A DNA stretch of 64,000 nt, taken from assembly GCA_965603825.1 (NCBI GenBank), contig CBFDEM010000032.1, positions 496,001 through 560,000 of the forward strand, given 5' to 3'. The position numbers were made by a program, and so were the translations under genes. The notes below the pieces were generated by a model, which saw only the letters and a program-made list of their open reading frames with translations, was not told the origin of the DNA and did not search any database. Source of the stretch: Blepharisma stoltei ATCC 30299. Lineage: Eukaryota; Protista; Ciliophora. Positions 1 through 12,637 of this stretch are shown in pieces. Within the stretch, counting starts at the first letter, position 1, and every line of letters begins with the position of its first letter.

Positions 1-1755
1 ATTTCTTCACTTTTGAGTATACATGAGCCAAATATATGAATATTCAGCATTATATCAGAGCTCCCTGAAATAATTGAAGCTTTTAATGTTGAGCCCAGCA
101 CAAAAGAAATTAGAGATAACTTTGAAAACTACTTTGAAAGAGAAATAATAAATAGCCATATGAGTCCATCATCTGTGATAATTGACTATAAAAATAATTT
201 TTGTGAATCTTTTGGAAATGGAGGCATCTCTGATATTCTTGATGAATTAAAAGGCATGTACAAGCCAGAGTATCCAAATTTAAGATTATTCAGATTAATA
301 GACAAGCCTTCAGCAGAAGAAATGAAAAATTATTTTTTGTTTCACAACCCAAGCCAGCAATTCAATTTGCTAAGCATATATTTTAAAAATTATGAAGAAA
401 TTAAAACTATTGAAAGCTTATACCCTATTATTGATTTAACGAATAGCCTTCTAGAAATTTACAATCACAAAATTGCTAGAGACCAAGCAAGAAACTTGAC
501 TATCAAAGATGCAATATTTGCGAATGAAAGCATTAAAGAAAAGTTCAGAAAATTTAAGCAGGCATGGAAAAGTAAAGGAATTGATGAGCTTTACTATGAA
601 TGCAAAAGACTTGAATCAATTGAGTTTGAAGACGAGAACTCACCATTATCATATTTCCTAGTGGACAACAAAGAGGTTGGAGGAGGAATGTATATGGCTG
701 CTGCGCTATTAGAACTAGCCTCACGCCATAATAAGTTATTAGGTCTAATGAAAGACGCTTTACCATCAAATCAGCCAAATAGCTTCCAAAGTTCTAGCAT
801 TGAGATGCATCCAGTTCAAAATGCAATGAAAAATCATATACTTTCATGCGAATTAGATGACCCAGATATAATCAACAGCTCTTCAATAAATAACCCTCAA
901 TATGGAAAAGGGAGGGAACTTATATATGATTTTGAAAAATTGCAGTCCTATTTAGCAAACTCTCTACTCACGAAGAAGTACCTTGACAAATCAAAACTTG
1001 GCCTAATTCAATATCAATTTGAGCTATTAAATATTCAAGATGAAAACTCAGGCTTAATATCAGAAATTCATAATTTGATATGCCAGCAGCCTTTTAGCAA
1101 GGAAACTGAAATCAAAGTAAAGCTGTTCTTTAAAGAATTAAAAGAAAAAGAGGAAAGAGGGTATCAAATCATAGTTAAAGAAATTTACTCTTCATTAGAT
1201 TACATACTTTGCTATCTTAAAAACTCCAAAGAAAACCCTGAGAAATCGATAAGTGATTTCTGCCAAAGACTGAATCAAGCCAAAATAAGTGAATTCATCA
1301 AAGGCCGTCATGCTTTAGCTGAGATAAGTCTATTTAATATTGTAGCTCTATATGAGCATATAGAATTTTGCTATTTCCCTTACATGAAAGACTTAATCCG
1401 TGCAGAGTTTCAGAAATCAGCCAACAAGGATGTCATTAAACATCAGCTGCATGGCTTGATTGAAGAGTGTGATGGACTTAGACTCCCAACTCGACTTCAG
1501 GCTCAAAACGCTTTGATGAGATTTATAATGAGATGCTTGACTGCTGAATTAAATCCCAATTTACCAATACAAATGTATATTCAAAAATCAGACTTTTGGG
1601 ATAAGTCAGTTTCCTATGAACAAATTCAGCTATTTGAAATGAGATTTTCAGAAAAGGTGAAGATCTCTCATTCATTGGCAACTTATGAGGAAATCATGAC
1701 TATTGGAGAAGAGCTTGAAAAAAGGGCAAGATTGATGGAATTTGAGAATAATTAA
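1..1755 (+). CDS. C-terminal part of a large RNF213 (mysterin)-like protein; 5'-truncated by the window edge
   Basis: Frame 1 is open from base 1 if TGA at 37-39 is read as Trp, and ends TAA at 1753-1755. The segment 'YGKGRELIYDFEKLQSYLANSLL' and upstream 'PLSYFLVD...G...AALLELASRHN' resemble the RNF213 C-terminal region (recognised by eye). Confidence 0.6.
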
Positions 1756-2184
1756 TTCTTAGCTTAGCCTTATTAATAAATGGGATCTTTTAAATTAAAA
1801 AACCCTATTAATTAATTTAATTTTATTACCTTGAAATGTTATGTTTTAATTGCTATATGGCTGATATATCAATTGAATAGCTCGAGAAAAAAAATCGAGA
1901 AACAATTTAACTTCTAAAATAGCTTATTTTCATCAATATATATAATCTAATGTTGGAAAGATTAAAGAATAACAATTTGAGTTCAAGCTTCCCATTTATT
2001 ATAAATTAAAGAACGTTGCTTTTAATTATTTATTCACAAATTCAAATGGTTATACAAACATTTGCTTTAAAATTTATAATTCTATGAATAATTGAGTTTC
2101 AGTGTAAAGAGGTGTAAGCTAATTATCCTATTAGATATTTATAAAAAAAACTTTGGGCATAGTTCAATATATAAAAGTATTTAA

Positions 2185-2547
2185 TTAGGAGTCGGATATT
2201 CTTTTATTTAAATTTGTTGATTCTCTCTTAAGTACATGCAGTAAAGTTTGAGAACTTTCTAAGATCTTCATGTATGCCCCTTCAGTTTCTTGAATTGTCC
2301 TATCAAATTCATTTCTCGCTTGAATCTTTTTACTCAAGTTTTCTACCTAGTTCTTACCATTAACTAATGCTAATTCTTTACTAAGCTGGGCAAGTTGCTT
2401 TTCTATTTCACTTTTTTCCTTCAAAACTTTCTCAATGTTTTGATCAAGCCCTCCTCTTTGTTCTTTTAGCTCTTCTAAGCAAGCTACAAGCTGATTATTG
2501 CAGTTTTGTAGAGATGCACCCTGATTTACTTATACCTGAGAAGTCAT
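2185..2547 (-). CDS. SSNA1: SSNA1/NA14/DIP13 microtubule-binding coiled-coil protein (two 15-nt introns; absent from the ORF track)
   Basis: Removing introns 2521-2535 and 2343-2357 gives [26 protein letters not shown]...[44 protein letters not shown], which closely matches the SSNA1/DIP13 signature. Confidence 0.93.
2343..2357 (-). other. 15-nt spliceosomal intron (SSNA1)
   Basis: GTAAGAACTAGGTAG; removal restores the conserved VNENL. Confidence 0.9.
2521..2535 (-). other. 15-nt spliceosomal intron (SSNA1)
   Basis: GTATAAGTAAATCAG; removal restores MTSQGASLQN. Confidence 0.9.
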
Positions 2548-2595
2548 TTAAAATTATATCAATTATTAAATTCCATTTCTTTATATCAAAATTGC

Positions 2596-3516
2596 CTAAA
2601 TGTCCATCACCTCAAATAATGTTTGATGAGACTTGAAAATCATTCCATTATATATCTCAAAATCTTCATTTAAATACAGTCAAGTTCCATTTGTGCTAGT
2701 CCTTTGAGAATCGATATCTCCATCCCCTAGTGTTCAGCCCGAGATTGGATTATAATAAATTGTGCATTGAATTTTCGATAATAAAGGGTCTTCAATCTTC
2801 AAATTGCAGTTCATATGCCGCCCAATTCGGATCATAGAATCCGCCTCACTAAAACTTTTTACTTCTCCAGATATATTCCCGCTGAAAACTTTTAAAAGCA
2901 ACCTAATCGAATTTTCTGTGTTTTCCTTGAGCAAATTTATAACTACAAAGCTTTCACCAACATTTATAAGCATGTTGTCTTTTAAGACCTAGATATTCTT
3001 TACAAGAGCGTAGTCAAGCCTAACGAAAACTCCAAATCCTTTAGCCAGATCTCGAATTCAGTAGGAATCTTTGTCTATGTTGTAAAAAATCACGAAGTGT
3101 CGGCCTCTATGATGGTCCTCCATTTCGCGATCTTTTAAGGGAATTACAAAGTCATTTACTAATTTTGATTTTAATTTCTTTTTGCAGCCAAAAAATGTGA
3201 AGCCGTCATTTGCATTTCTAAGCGAACCTATCAAACCTGTGGCCTTAAATAGTAAAACTGAACCTTTCATAAGGTTCCCTGAATTCAAAATTTTTAACTG
3301 TAATGATTTTGCATTTGTGAGAGTTAGCAGTTGAATTCTTCGAGATTCAATATTAGACATATCAACGTCGATATTTGGAATAATTGATGAAAAAAGATTA
3401 GAAGGTCTTTGATATGAAGTTCTTGAGTTTGATTTGCTTTTTGTAGCAAATAATGACACTTCGTTTGCTCGGTTTGCTGCGATTGCATCACAACAGCCAA
3501 AGATGCCATTTCCCAT
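2596..3516 (-). CDS. FHA-domain protein with predicted acylated N-terminus (MGNGIFGCC)
   Basis: ORFs 3058-3516 and 2734-2973 join via TGA=Trp and a 15-nt intron at 2989-3003. FHA motifs are IRIGR...LSKIQC...STNGTW. Ends TAG. Confidence 0.8.
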
Positions 3517-4455
3517 CGTGCTTTCTTTAATAAAGAATCTGCTGCTAATTTAAAATTATTTCATCTATTTTGACTCTTAAACTAATCCTTACAATTTTAT
3601 GTTTGAATTCATTTAAAATCCCAATAAAATTCAAAACAGAATAAAAAATTGCTCAAAGTAGGTGCTTTTTAGCTATTTATTTCTAATCAAACTTTACTGA
3701 TAATTGGGAAATTTTTTATTTAATTTCTTCTAAAAACATTTAGTGAGATTCTTAAAAATGGTATCATTCAAATCATTAAGTATTTTGCTTTGTAATTATA
3801 AGTCGGTTTAAACCAGTATAGAGCGGCAATAAACTGATTTCGTCTTGCCAAAGAACTTTAGTTTAAAAAGCAAAGGTAATTTATATATGTATTTCCAAGA
3901 TAATTCATTGCTAAACATCAAAAGCTGCAGAATATTAAATTAATTCCCTACGAAACTATTTTCTATCGATCAGCATGAAAAAATCTACCCCTTCAAATAA
4001 ATTACTATTTTGGCCTTATCCTAGATAAATAAGGCAATTATTAGACATTTTTGTTCTAATATCAGTTGTTGAAAAATTAAATGATTAAACAATAAATCAA
4101 TTCTAAAAGCAATGGAATAGCAATATATTTTTCAAACTTTCAAAATTATTTTTGGCCTCAAAACCAATCAAAATTCAGAGGACCATTAAATATGTTCATA
4201 TTTTTGAATCTCAATAAAACAAAATCGAGCTGCTGATAGTGATTTTTCCTGGCTTATGGCAGACTGCTATAAAAGCTCTCGAATTAGCTTGCTTTAATTT
4301 CTAGAACGATTATTATCTTAAAGAATTTAAGTAAAGCATTATTTTATATTAGCCATCTAACGAATTTCTTTTTAAGGCTCATTACTACTCATACCTTATT
4401 AGCATTAATTAAAGCTGCTCTAAGGATAGAACAGGCTTATTATAATTTCAGGGTC

Positions 4456-4683
4456 TTAATTACTTGTGATAGACCGCTCAGGGGTTGAAATGAGTGCCAC
4501 TGTGATCTTATAAGCCGTCCCTTTGACATTATAGTCAAAAGGGCCATCCTTTGAAGTGCTAGCATTAGGGTCTCTCCCAAGTTTTAAGGGAGATGAAATA
4601 TATTGCTCTTGAAGGGAAGTATCTCCTTCTTCATCTTGGCTACTTTTGCGCTTGAAAGTTTTGGATGGTAAACCACAACCCAT
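4456..4683 (-). CDS. MGCG microprotein family, copy 1 (75 aa)
   Basis: ATG-to-TAA ORF sharing MGCG, D/E-rich 'DTSL' and FDYNVKGTAYKITV...TPERS motifs with seven paralogues in this window. Confidence 0.8.
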   Translation of the reverse strand: MGCGLPSKTFKRKSSQDEEGDTSLQEQYISSPLKLGRDPNASTSKDGPFDYNVKGTAYKITVALISTPERSITSN

Positions 4684-5258
4684 TATTAGAATTAATTATA
4701 AAATTATGACCATTTTAATTATTGTGAAACTGTTTAAATGTTTTTTAAATTGGGAATTTAATTTTGATCGTAAATTTTGAGATGGAGATTTTATAGCCTG
4801 AATTTCATAAAATGGCTAAATTCAAACGATAAGACTAAGCAAAATAATTTAAAGAATTACTGGAAAATAAAATTTCAAACTTTTTGTCATGCTTTAAGCC
4901 TAATCCCGAGTATAAAAATACCAAAAAACTATCATAAAAATTTTTAAAATTAATAAATTAAAAAGCTTTTTTGATTTTTATGAAAAAACTAAAAAACTAA
5001 AGAGTTTATAAAAGTAATTTTATATTATATAAATAATAAGCAATATATTAATAAATTATTAACTAGCTTTAAACATCAAATGCCTTCCATAAAAAGGGTT
5101 CTTTTATATATCGGTGAAATAATCTTTCCATCCACTAATCAGCCAAAGAAGAAATTTATAAAGAAAATTAAAGAGCAATTATGCGTTTTCTTCAATTTAC
5201 TTTAAGTTATTAAGTCAAAAGCAAATAAATTATTAAATGTTCATGTAAAGTACATAAT

Positions 5259-5480
5259 CTAGCATATTACCTGGGATCCATCAGGCGTTTTGATCATTGC
5301 AACAGTTATCTTATATGCCGTTCCATTAACTTCGTATGCATATTGATCAGCTCCATATAGCTCAGGAGACTGCTCCATCTGAGGAGGACTAATGTTTATT
5401 CTTAAATCGTGAAATGATGTATCCCCTTCGTCTTGACAATTTTTGATTCTGAATATTCTTCTTGAATTTCCACAACCCAT
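5259..5480 (-). CDS. MGCG microprotein family, copy 2 (73 aa)
   Basis: Starts at the ATG of MGCGNSRR (5478-5480), not the upstream GTG used by the ORF track. Motifs DEGDTSF and YAYEVNGTAYKITV..TPDGSQV. Confidence 0.8.
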   Translation of the reverse strand: MGCGNSRRIFRIKNCQDEGDTSFHDLRINISPPQMEQSPELYGADQYAYEVNGTAYKITVAMIKTPDGSQVIC

Positions 5481-6845
5481 TAATATAATTATAAAAATTA
5501 ATGATTGCAGAATGGAAAGCACTTAAGCTTTTTAATTAATGTCAGGGAAATAATAATTGATATATAAACCATCTCAATGATTGCTCATTTGCAAAATTGC
5601 TAAAATAATGTTTATACTTATCATTAGCCTCAATGATTATCAATGAATAACTACCATCTTAAATTTTATTTAGAACAGAACTATAAAGGCAATATTCAAA
5701 ATTTTATCAATGAGTAATAAAAAGAATTTTCTATTATTTTCGAAATTGAAAGGGGTGCTAGTTTGCGGTATTTTCAAAATTCCTTCAAAGTATGATTTTT
5801 TGATACCAAAGAATTATTAGTTATAAGATTTGATCTTTTATATTCGATAATTTGAAATTGTGATAAAGATTAAATTTTTAGTAAAGTAAATTTAAAAATT
5901 TGATTTAAATTCAAAATGGTTTCTTTATTATTTATTGCTAAATCTAAATTATCAGCGAAATTATTTATAAATTAATCATAACCATATATCCTTTCTAAGA
6001 AAAATTGGAAATCTAAGCATTATTATTCTAAAATTCAATTCTAAAAATTGAATAACATAAGTCGAATTATTCTGCAAGCTTCAATATTCAAAGAAATTAA
6101 CTCAAAAAGCAAAATTCTTTGGTAATTAAACTATATTTAACAAAATTATAATTAAAGATAGCAAAGGAGGTAACGTCACAGATAAAATTCTCAAAATTAA
6201 TACTTCAAAATTAGCATCCCATTATTGAATAGCTAACTTAAATTTAAGAATAGTGTCTTAAAGGATTATTTATTTTATTAAATCTAGCCTCAAAGCTAAT
6301 TTAAAATTACCGATTCCATTATCTTTTAAATTTTTCATAAAAACTTATCCTTGCTTTCAGACAAATCAATATTGATCTTATTTACTTTTATTTTTATTAA
6401 AGAAACTAGGTCAAGTCAACATTAAAAAATGCCCAGTTATTAATAAAGAAAATTGGAATAGGCCATTTAAACCAAAATTGCATACCTATTGAATCTATGT
6501 ATTATTTAATAGCAAAAAAAATTCTTTAGGATAGCGAAGATGATTTTCATAATTAATTATTAGATAAATCATTTTATGCAATTATTAATATTTTGTAGCG
6601 CCATTATAAGTCTGCATCATTTGATGAGAGCAAAGCTATATTGTTCTAGATTTGATACCAAAGGTTTCTTATAAGATCTGATTATTGCTCTTTTATTATA
6701 TCAGTTATGTAAACCTAATCGGCGGGCTTACTTGATAATTTAAAACTTAATTATTTTTCTCCAATTGGATTTTCTTATTGGAAAGATTTGCATATAATTA
6801 ATTTAAGTTAAGGCTATTGAACATTGATTTAATATGTCAAAACTC

Positions 6846-7070
6846 CTAAGACATCACTAAAGATTTGTTAGGAGTCTGTATAAGGGCCACCGTAATTCTG
6901 TAATTTGTCCCTTGGATCTTGTAATGAAAAGAGTTGTTCTCTGGATGGTTAATTTTGGTTTGTATACAAAATGATTCTGAGTGCTCTAAAGGTTCTTTTA
7001 AGGAAGTTTCTTCGTCGTCTTCTAGATGCTTTTTTCCATATGGTCTTTTTGATGGTATTCCGCAGCCCAT
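6846..7070 (-). CDS. MGCG microprotein family, copy 3 (74 aa)
   Basis: MGCGIPSK...DDEETSL...FHYKIQGTNYRITV..TPNKS. Confidence 0.8.
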   Translation of the reverse strand: MGCGIPSKRPYGKKHLEDDEETSLKEPLEHSESFCIQTKINHPENNSFHYKIQGTNYRITVALIQTPNKSLVMS

Positions 7071-8413
7071 TGTTTATTGATTTATTGTATTAATTGTTGC
7101 CATTAACTAATAAATAGATCTTAAAATACTTTCTCTAATTTAATAAGACAATAAGTGAATTTAGATTTGGGCTTAACTATTAAGTTTTGAAGCTGACAAA
7201 ATGAAGCACCATTAATATTGGACCTTTTGCTTTTTGAAAAATTTTCAAAATATATTATAGTTTAAGGGCTTTTCTTTATTAGAAAATTGAATAAAACGCA
7301 ATTTAAGCATAAATTTTATCTTCAGATATTCAATCAATCTTATAATCAAGCTTACAAAATTAGAATTGTTCACATTTAAAGAATAAAATGCCATTATTCG
7401 TGAATATTTAATCACATAGCCTATTCTTTCAATATAAAGGCTAAAGTCTTATGTTTAAAAATCTAAAAATTAATTAAGCCACGAAATAGCTGAGAATGAA
7501 AATATAAAAATTTAAACCAAAAAAACATAAAAATTAGTAATTAAGCAGAAATATGCAATAGAGAGAACTATTTGATAGCAGACTTAAATAGTTTCTAATA
7601 ATCAAGGGGCTTTTATCAATCTTCATTTAACTTTAAATTCAAATAAAAGCATTTAGGCCAAAGATTAAAGTTAATGACAAAACTTTTTTAAGGGGACTAT
7701 CCATAAAATAAAACGAAGGCAAGATTTACTATTTTGCATATCTAGCTATTAAGCTGTTCCGACACTCCTTCTTTATTGACAGATTTATTGCTAGAGTAAA
7801 GAAGCCAAATTCTGTGTAATAAAAAATGAAGGAATATAGATTGGTATTCCCTTTGATTCAAATAAAGAGTGCTTGAGAAGTCTAAACAATTGTTTTAAAA
7901 TTTATATAGGCTTCAAAATCCTTAGCATCTTGCTAAATCTGGGCTAAAATCTTAATTATTCCACTAAGTGAAAAATGCAATTATTTTTAGCTAGAATCAT
8001 ACTTTAATGATCCTGGAGAAAATTAATAAATTCTTTTAATTTCTATAAATCATAGCCAAATTAGTTGAAAAAAGTTATATAACTACGATATAAATATTAT
8101 ACCTCTTAGTAACTAAACTCTCAATAATTTTTAATTTTAAAATAAAATATTAAAAATCTGATCTTTGGTTTCAAATTTTAAATCAAAAATTAAATGCACT
8201 ATTTTATATTTTGTGAGAAATAAAAATTCATAAAAATATTTAGTTAAATTCTTTATTTTAATTATTAGATTAAATATATATATATATACCCAATATAATA
8301 ATCAATATAATAATGGTAAAGTCGAAACGGTTTTATAAATTGTTTGGTAAATATAAGTTTTATTTAAATATTATACACACTTCATTAATTAATATAAACT
8401 GCCACTAAGTTCT

Positions 8414-8632
8414 TTAATGATTTGTAACCTTCCTGACAATAATCTGATATTCATCTCCTTTTATCTTGTATTCGAAGTGGGCTACTAGCGTTGAAAATTT
8501 GCATTTTTGGTCAAGATTAGGAGAGTTAGGATTTGTTTTAGGAGTAGGTATATTGAGGTAATCGGAAGGCTTTCCATCTTCCTTTCCATGATTCAGTTTT
8601 GAATAGCTTCTTTGAGAAATTCCACAACCCAT
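8414..8632 (-). CDS. MGCG microprotein family, copy 4 (72 aa, divergent, lacks the TP..S tail)
   Basis: MGCGISQR...FEYKIKGDEYQIIV. Confidence 0.75.
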   Translation of the reverse strand: MGCGISQRSYSKLNHGKEDGKPSDYLNIPTPKTNPNSPNLDQKCKFSTLVAHFEYKIKGDEYQIIVRKVTNH

Positions 8633-10827
8633 GATATTGAATATTTATTACGGAATTAAAATAATTTTATAAAAAAATGATTTTTCACAATGAATCAAAA
8701 AAAATGAACTAGAATTTAACGCTTCTATTACTGATTCAGACAATTGTAGAGAGTTCTATTAAAAGATGCGCTAAGATTATCAAAATCCTAAGAAATAGGT
8801 CAAATTTATATAAGTTATTGAAGATAAGGTAGATTTATTTTAATTTCTTTGACCAGAAAAATGAAAATAAAAAAGTGCAAGAATTTATTTTTTTTAAAGT
8901 TTTTATCTAAGTTTGAATGCTTTCAATTTCAAGACAATTTAGAAAACGTAAAAGAAAAATAGATTGATAAAGGACAATTCTTTTTTTTAAATTTGAAACT
9001 TCATACTATTTTAACCTTTATTTCAAGTATAAATTTAAAAGTAAATTAAGCTTTCAATTATAAGATAGGAAATCTTTCTTGCTTTTAAATGATTAACACA
9101 CTTTTATATATAAATTTAACTTATTGATGTGAATATATCTGGTAATTTTGATTAAACTGCTAAGCTCGCACTATTTTATTTTATTCATTATAATCATTTA
9201 TTCAAAATTACTATTGTAGTTTCAGAATTTTCATTCCTTAGGTCTTTTTTTACTAAGTTTAAGATTCTTCACCGTCTATAAAGACATGCACCCTTTTTAT
9301 TCAATCTAATAACGCCATTTGTAGTCTCTTTTATGATAAATCTTAGTTAAGCACCTGGAATTTCTGTTCAGAAATTTTGCTAATGAGCCATATCAATTTA
9401 TATATATTAATTTGCTATTAATATGGATATAAAAGAAATATACTGACTATTGAAAATTATGGATCTATTTGAAATGAGCTTTATCAAAACTGAAATTTAT
9501 TATTGCATCAATATATTTTGCTAATTTGATATAGGATAAAATTGTTAAAAAGTGCCCTGCACAAATTAATAAAATACTTTACAATATTGGATTTTTTGCT
9601 ATGAAAATCTAATAATTAGCATCCTTACCGTGTTTATCTATGATTGCCGTCACTCAAGGTATTTAATATGCCATATATAAGAAAAATTACCAATTTCATA
9701 TAATAAGAACCCAATTACTAACATAAAACTTTTATGCATTATTTATTAGTAGCTTCCACTATTTTACTGATTATATATAAATCTAAATTGGTATTCAAAA
9801 AAAAATCTAAAAAGAAACATAACTACCTTTTGAATTTTTATATATTTTATCCTTAGGAGTTGACGGCCATACATTTAAAAACGAAAATCAATATCAAGAA
9901 AATATAAGCAATGTGTTTTTAAGATTTTGATACTATTCAGAATGTTAATTTTTGAATTATCCATTTACAATATTTTGAATTTTTGATATAAGAAAAATTA
10001 AAAACATGCTCATTAGTAAGAATTATAATATTATGATTGTTTGATTTTTGAAAAATTTCGAATTGTTTGAAATTAAATGATTTCAGAAAACTTTACATTT
10101 AGCTAAAAAAATGAAGGAAGTGACTTTTATTTTTTGAATAAAGATGATAGAAGTTTAATTCAAATTCGCCAATAATTTATGGTTTGACTAAAGTAAATCA
10201 CTTAAATTTAATGAAAGTGATGATTTGAAATTAAAACTCTTCAAATTTATTGAATTTCAAAAGATTAGAATTTTAATTTTTTGACGATGAAGAGAATCAT
10301 AGATGGAAAGAGACGAGCAAATATATAATTTAAGCCCAGTCGAATTTAACAAATTTTAAGTTTTTATTTGGAATATACTTTTACCTTGTTAACAACTTTA
10401 AATATTCTAAAAGTTCAGGGATGAGAAAATAATAAACAAGCAATTGAGCGCTTATTCTTTTTCATAATAAAAGTAGATACAGAAATTTTCCTATTCTTTA
10501 ATTTGAGCTGGAATTTTGATTATCTTATTTTCATTTGAATTTAAATATCCTATTACCTATTCCATTATTCACTGAGATATTCAATCATTTCGTGATAACT
10601 TTAATACTCAGAAAATGGTGAGAATTTGAAGTATCAAATAAGCATTCATTAATATTCGATTGTTTCATAATTTTTCTCAGTTATCAAAAAATTAGAATGT
10701 ATAGTTTCTTCAACGAAAATTTGCTCAATTTCTGAAAAATATTATATTTGAAATATTTATTTTTTATCTTTATACTAAATTTACATTACTCCAAGAGGTG
10801 AGACCTCTTGGCTACACTTTGCATGCT

Positions 10828-11043
10828 TTAGTTAAACACTTGAGATTTATCTGGGCTAATCGCTCCACTTACAACGATTCTGTAGGCAGTGCCATTTACA
10901 TTATATCAGAACTGACCTTGCTCAGATAGCTTGGTCTTGCTGGGAGAATCATTATTGATATTAAGGTCTTGAAGAGAGGTATCACCTTCTTCAACTTTGT
11001 TGCGTTTCGATCTGAAACTTTTTTGAGGAATTCCACATCCCAT
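10828..11043 (-). CDS. MGCG microprotein family, copy 5 (71 aa; in-frame TGA; absent from the ORF track)
   Basis: Manual translation: MGCGIPQKSFRSKRNKVEEGDTSLQDLNINNDSPSKTKLSEQGQF-W(TGA 10906-10908)-YNVNGTAYRIVVSGAISPDKSQVFN, then TAA. Confidence 0.8.
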
Positions 11044-12415
11044 GATGATTAGTAATTTTATTACCTTTAAATTTCAATGCTATACAGGACTTAATGGGAA
11101 ATTTTCTAAGCCAGCAAAAATTTTGCTTCTGATAAAAAAATTATTATATGATCATTATGATAGCCATATTTAAATGGGTAATCGAGCCTTCCAATTATAA
11201 TAAATTTACTAATTTTAAATTTTTTTTAGCTATATAGCTGTTGCACTCTTAGCATTAAGATATTTTGAAAGTTTAGATCAAGCATTATAGCCTATAATAT
11301 CAGATTTATTTTATTTATAAAGTTTTGATATTAATACAAATAACGATGCATAAAATTTCAAGGAGAATAATTAAATTTATAATATTTTTATTTACGTCTA
11401 TTATAAATTAATCAAAAGAAATCAGAAAAAATATTTACTTTTAAATAATTAAATTTTAAAATAGTGAAACATTACTTTAATGAGGCATGTAAGGCATTAG
11501 TGATGCTATATATTAATTTAGCTATTCTCTGTTCAAACTCTGATGCTTTATCAGTTTAGTGAATTTAGGTTTTATATTAAAGAGATATTAGACTGCAATA
11601 TTGAAATTAACAATTATTTGTTTTTATATCTGATTTTATCAAAAAATATCTGGCTCCCCTCTAAATTGGATATTATTTTATTTTGAATTGGAAAGCTTAT
11701 CAATAAAAAAAATTTATAAAATCCATAAAATATATTTGCATAAAATGTATCGTGCTAAGCAATAATGTTTCCTCATTTATAATAATCCGATAACGAATAG
11801 ATATTAAATAAAACCTTAATTTAATATTCAAGCAAATTTAGTAACTGAATATTTATGGCTACCTTTAAAATCTATATTTACAATTTCGTTGTTCCTATTA
11901 TCCTTAACTTTTTATCTATATCCACTTGACTATTATACTACACTTTGACAAACTTAGAACTACAGCAAATAAAAATGCACACTCTATTAGTAGCATTTTT
12001 TAAGATGTAAATTCTTGAATGGAAAAAAGATTTGAAATAGTTATTTGGTCATTTTATCAAATATTATGCAATAAAACCTTAAAAATTTTAAAGAAAATAA
12101 TAATTGTTTCTAAAATATCTTATTTTATCAATATTTTTGTTCATCTTGAATTTATGACTAGAGCAATTAGTTTCTGTCAAAATCATTTCTAAGTTATTGA
12201 AAAATTTCAAATAAATAATACTTTTCGAGCATTTAAAACAATTTCAGAGCTATATTTGAAAATATTTTTATCCCCAATTAATATTCTGGCATGTTAAAAT
12301 TTTAAATACAATAAAAACATTATATAATAAAAGTAATTTAAAAGAAAGCTTGATTTTAATTATACTTATCTTAATTAGACTCCCGATGAGGAACCGGGCT
12401 GGAATGTGTAATAAT

Positions 12416-12637
12416 TTACATAAAAACTTGAGATTTTTCTGGAGTTTTTGCATCACTTATTACTATATTATATCTTATCCCTTTAACATTAAAGGAAAAA
12501 TTACCCTTCTGAAGTTGATTAATTTTGAGGCCAGCAATAGGAGAAGCGTTAAAAATGCAGAAGTTATGAAGAGATGTATCATCTTCTTCTTCTTTTTCTT
12601 TTTTTTTATGACTTTTCTGAGGAATACCACAACCCAT
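12416..12637 (-). CDS. MGCG microprotein family, copy 6 (73 aa)
   Basis: MGCGIPQK...EEDDTSL...FSFNVKGIRYNIVI...TPEKSQVF. Confidence 0.8.
   Translation of the reverse strand: MGCGIPQKSHKKKEKEEEDDTSLHNFCIFNASPIAGLKINQLQKGNFSFNVKGIRYNIVISDAKTPEKSQVFM

Noticed and set aside
8274-8288. (AT)n microsatellite
   Set aside because: Short and unremarkable in very AT-rich DNA.
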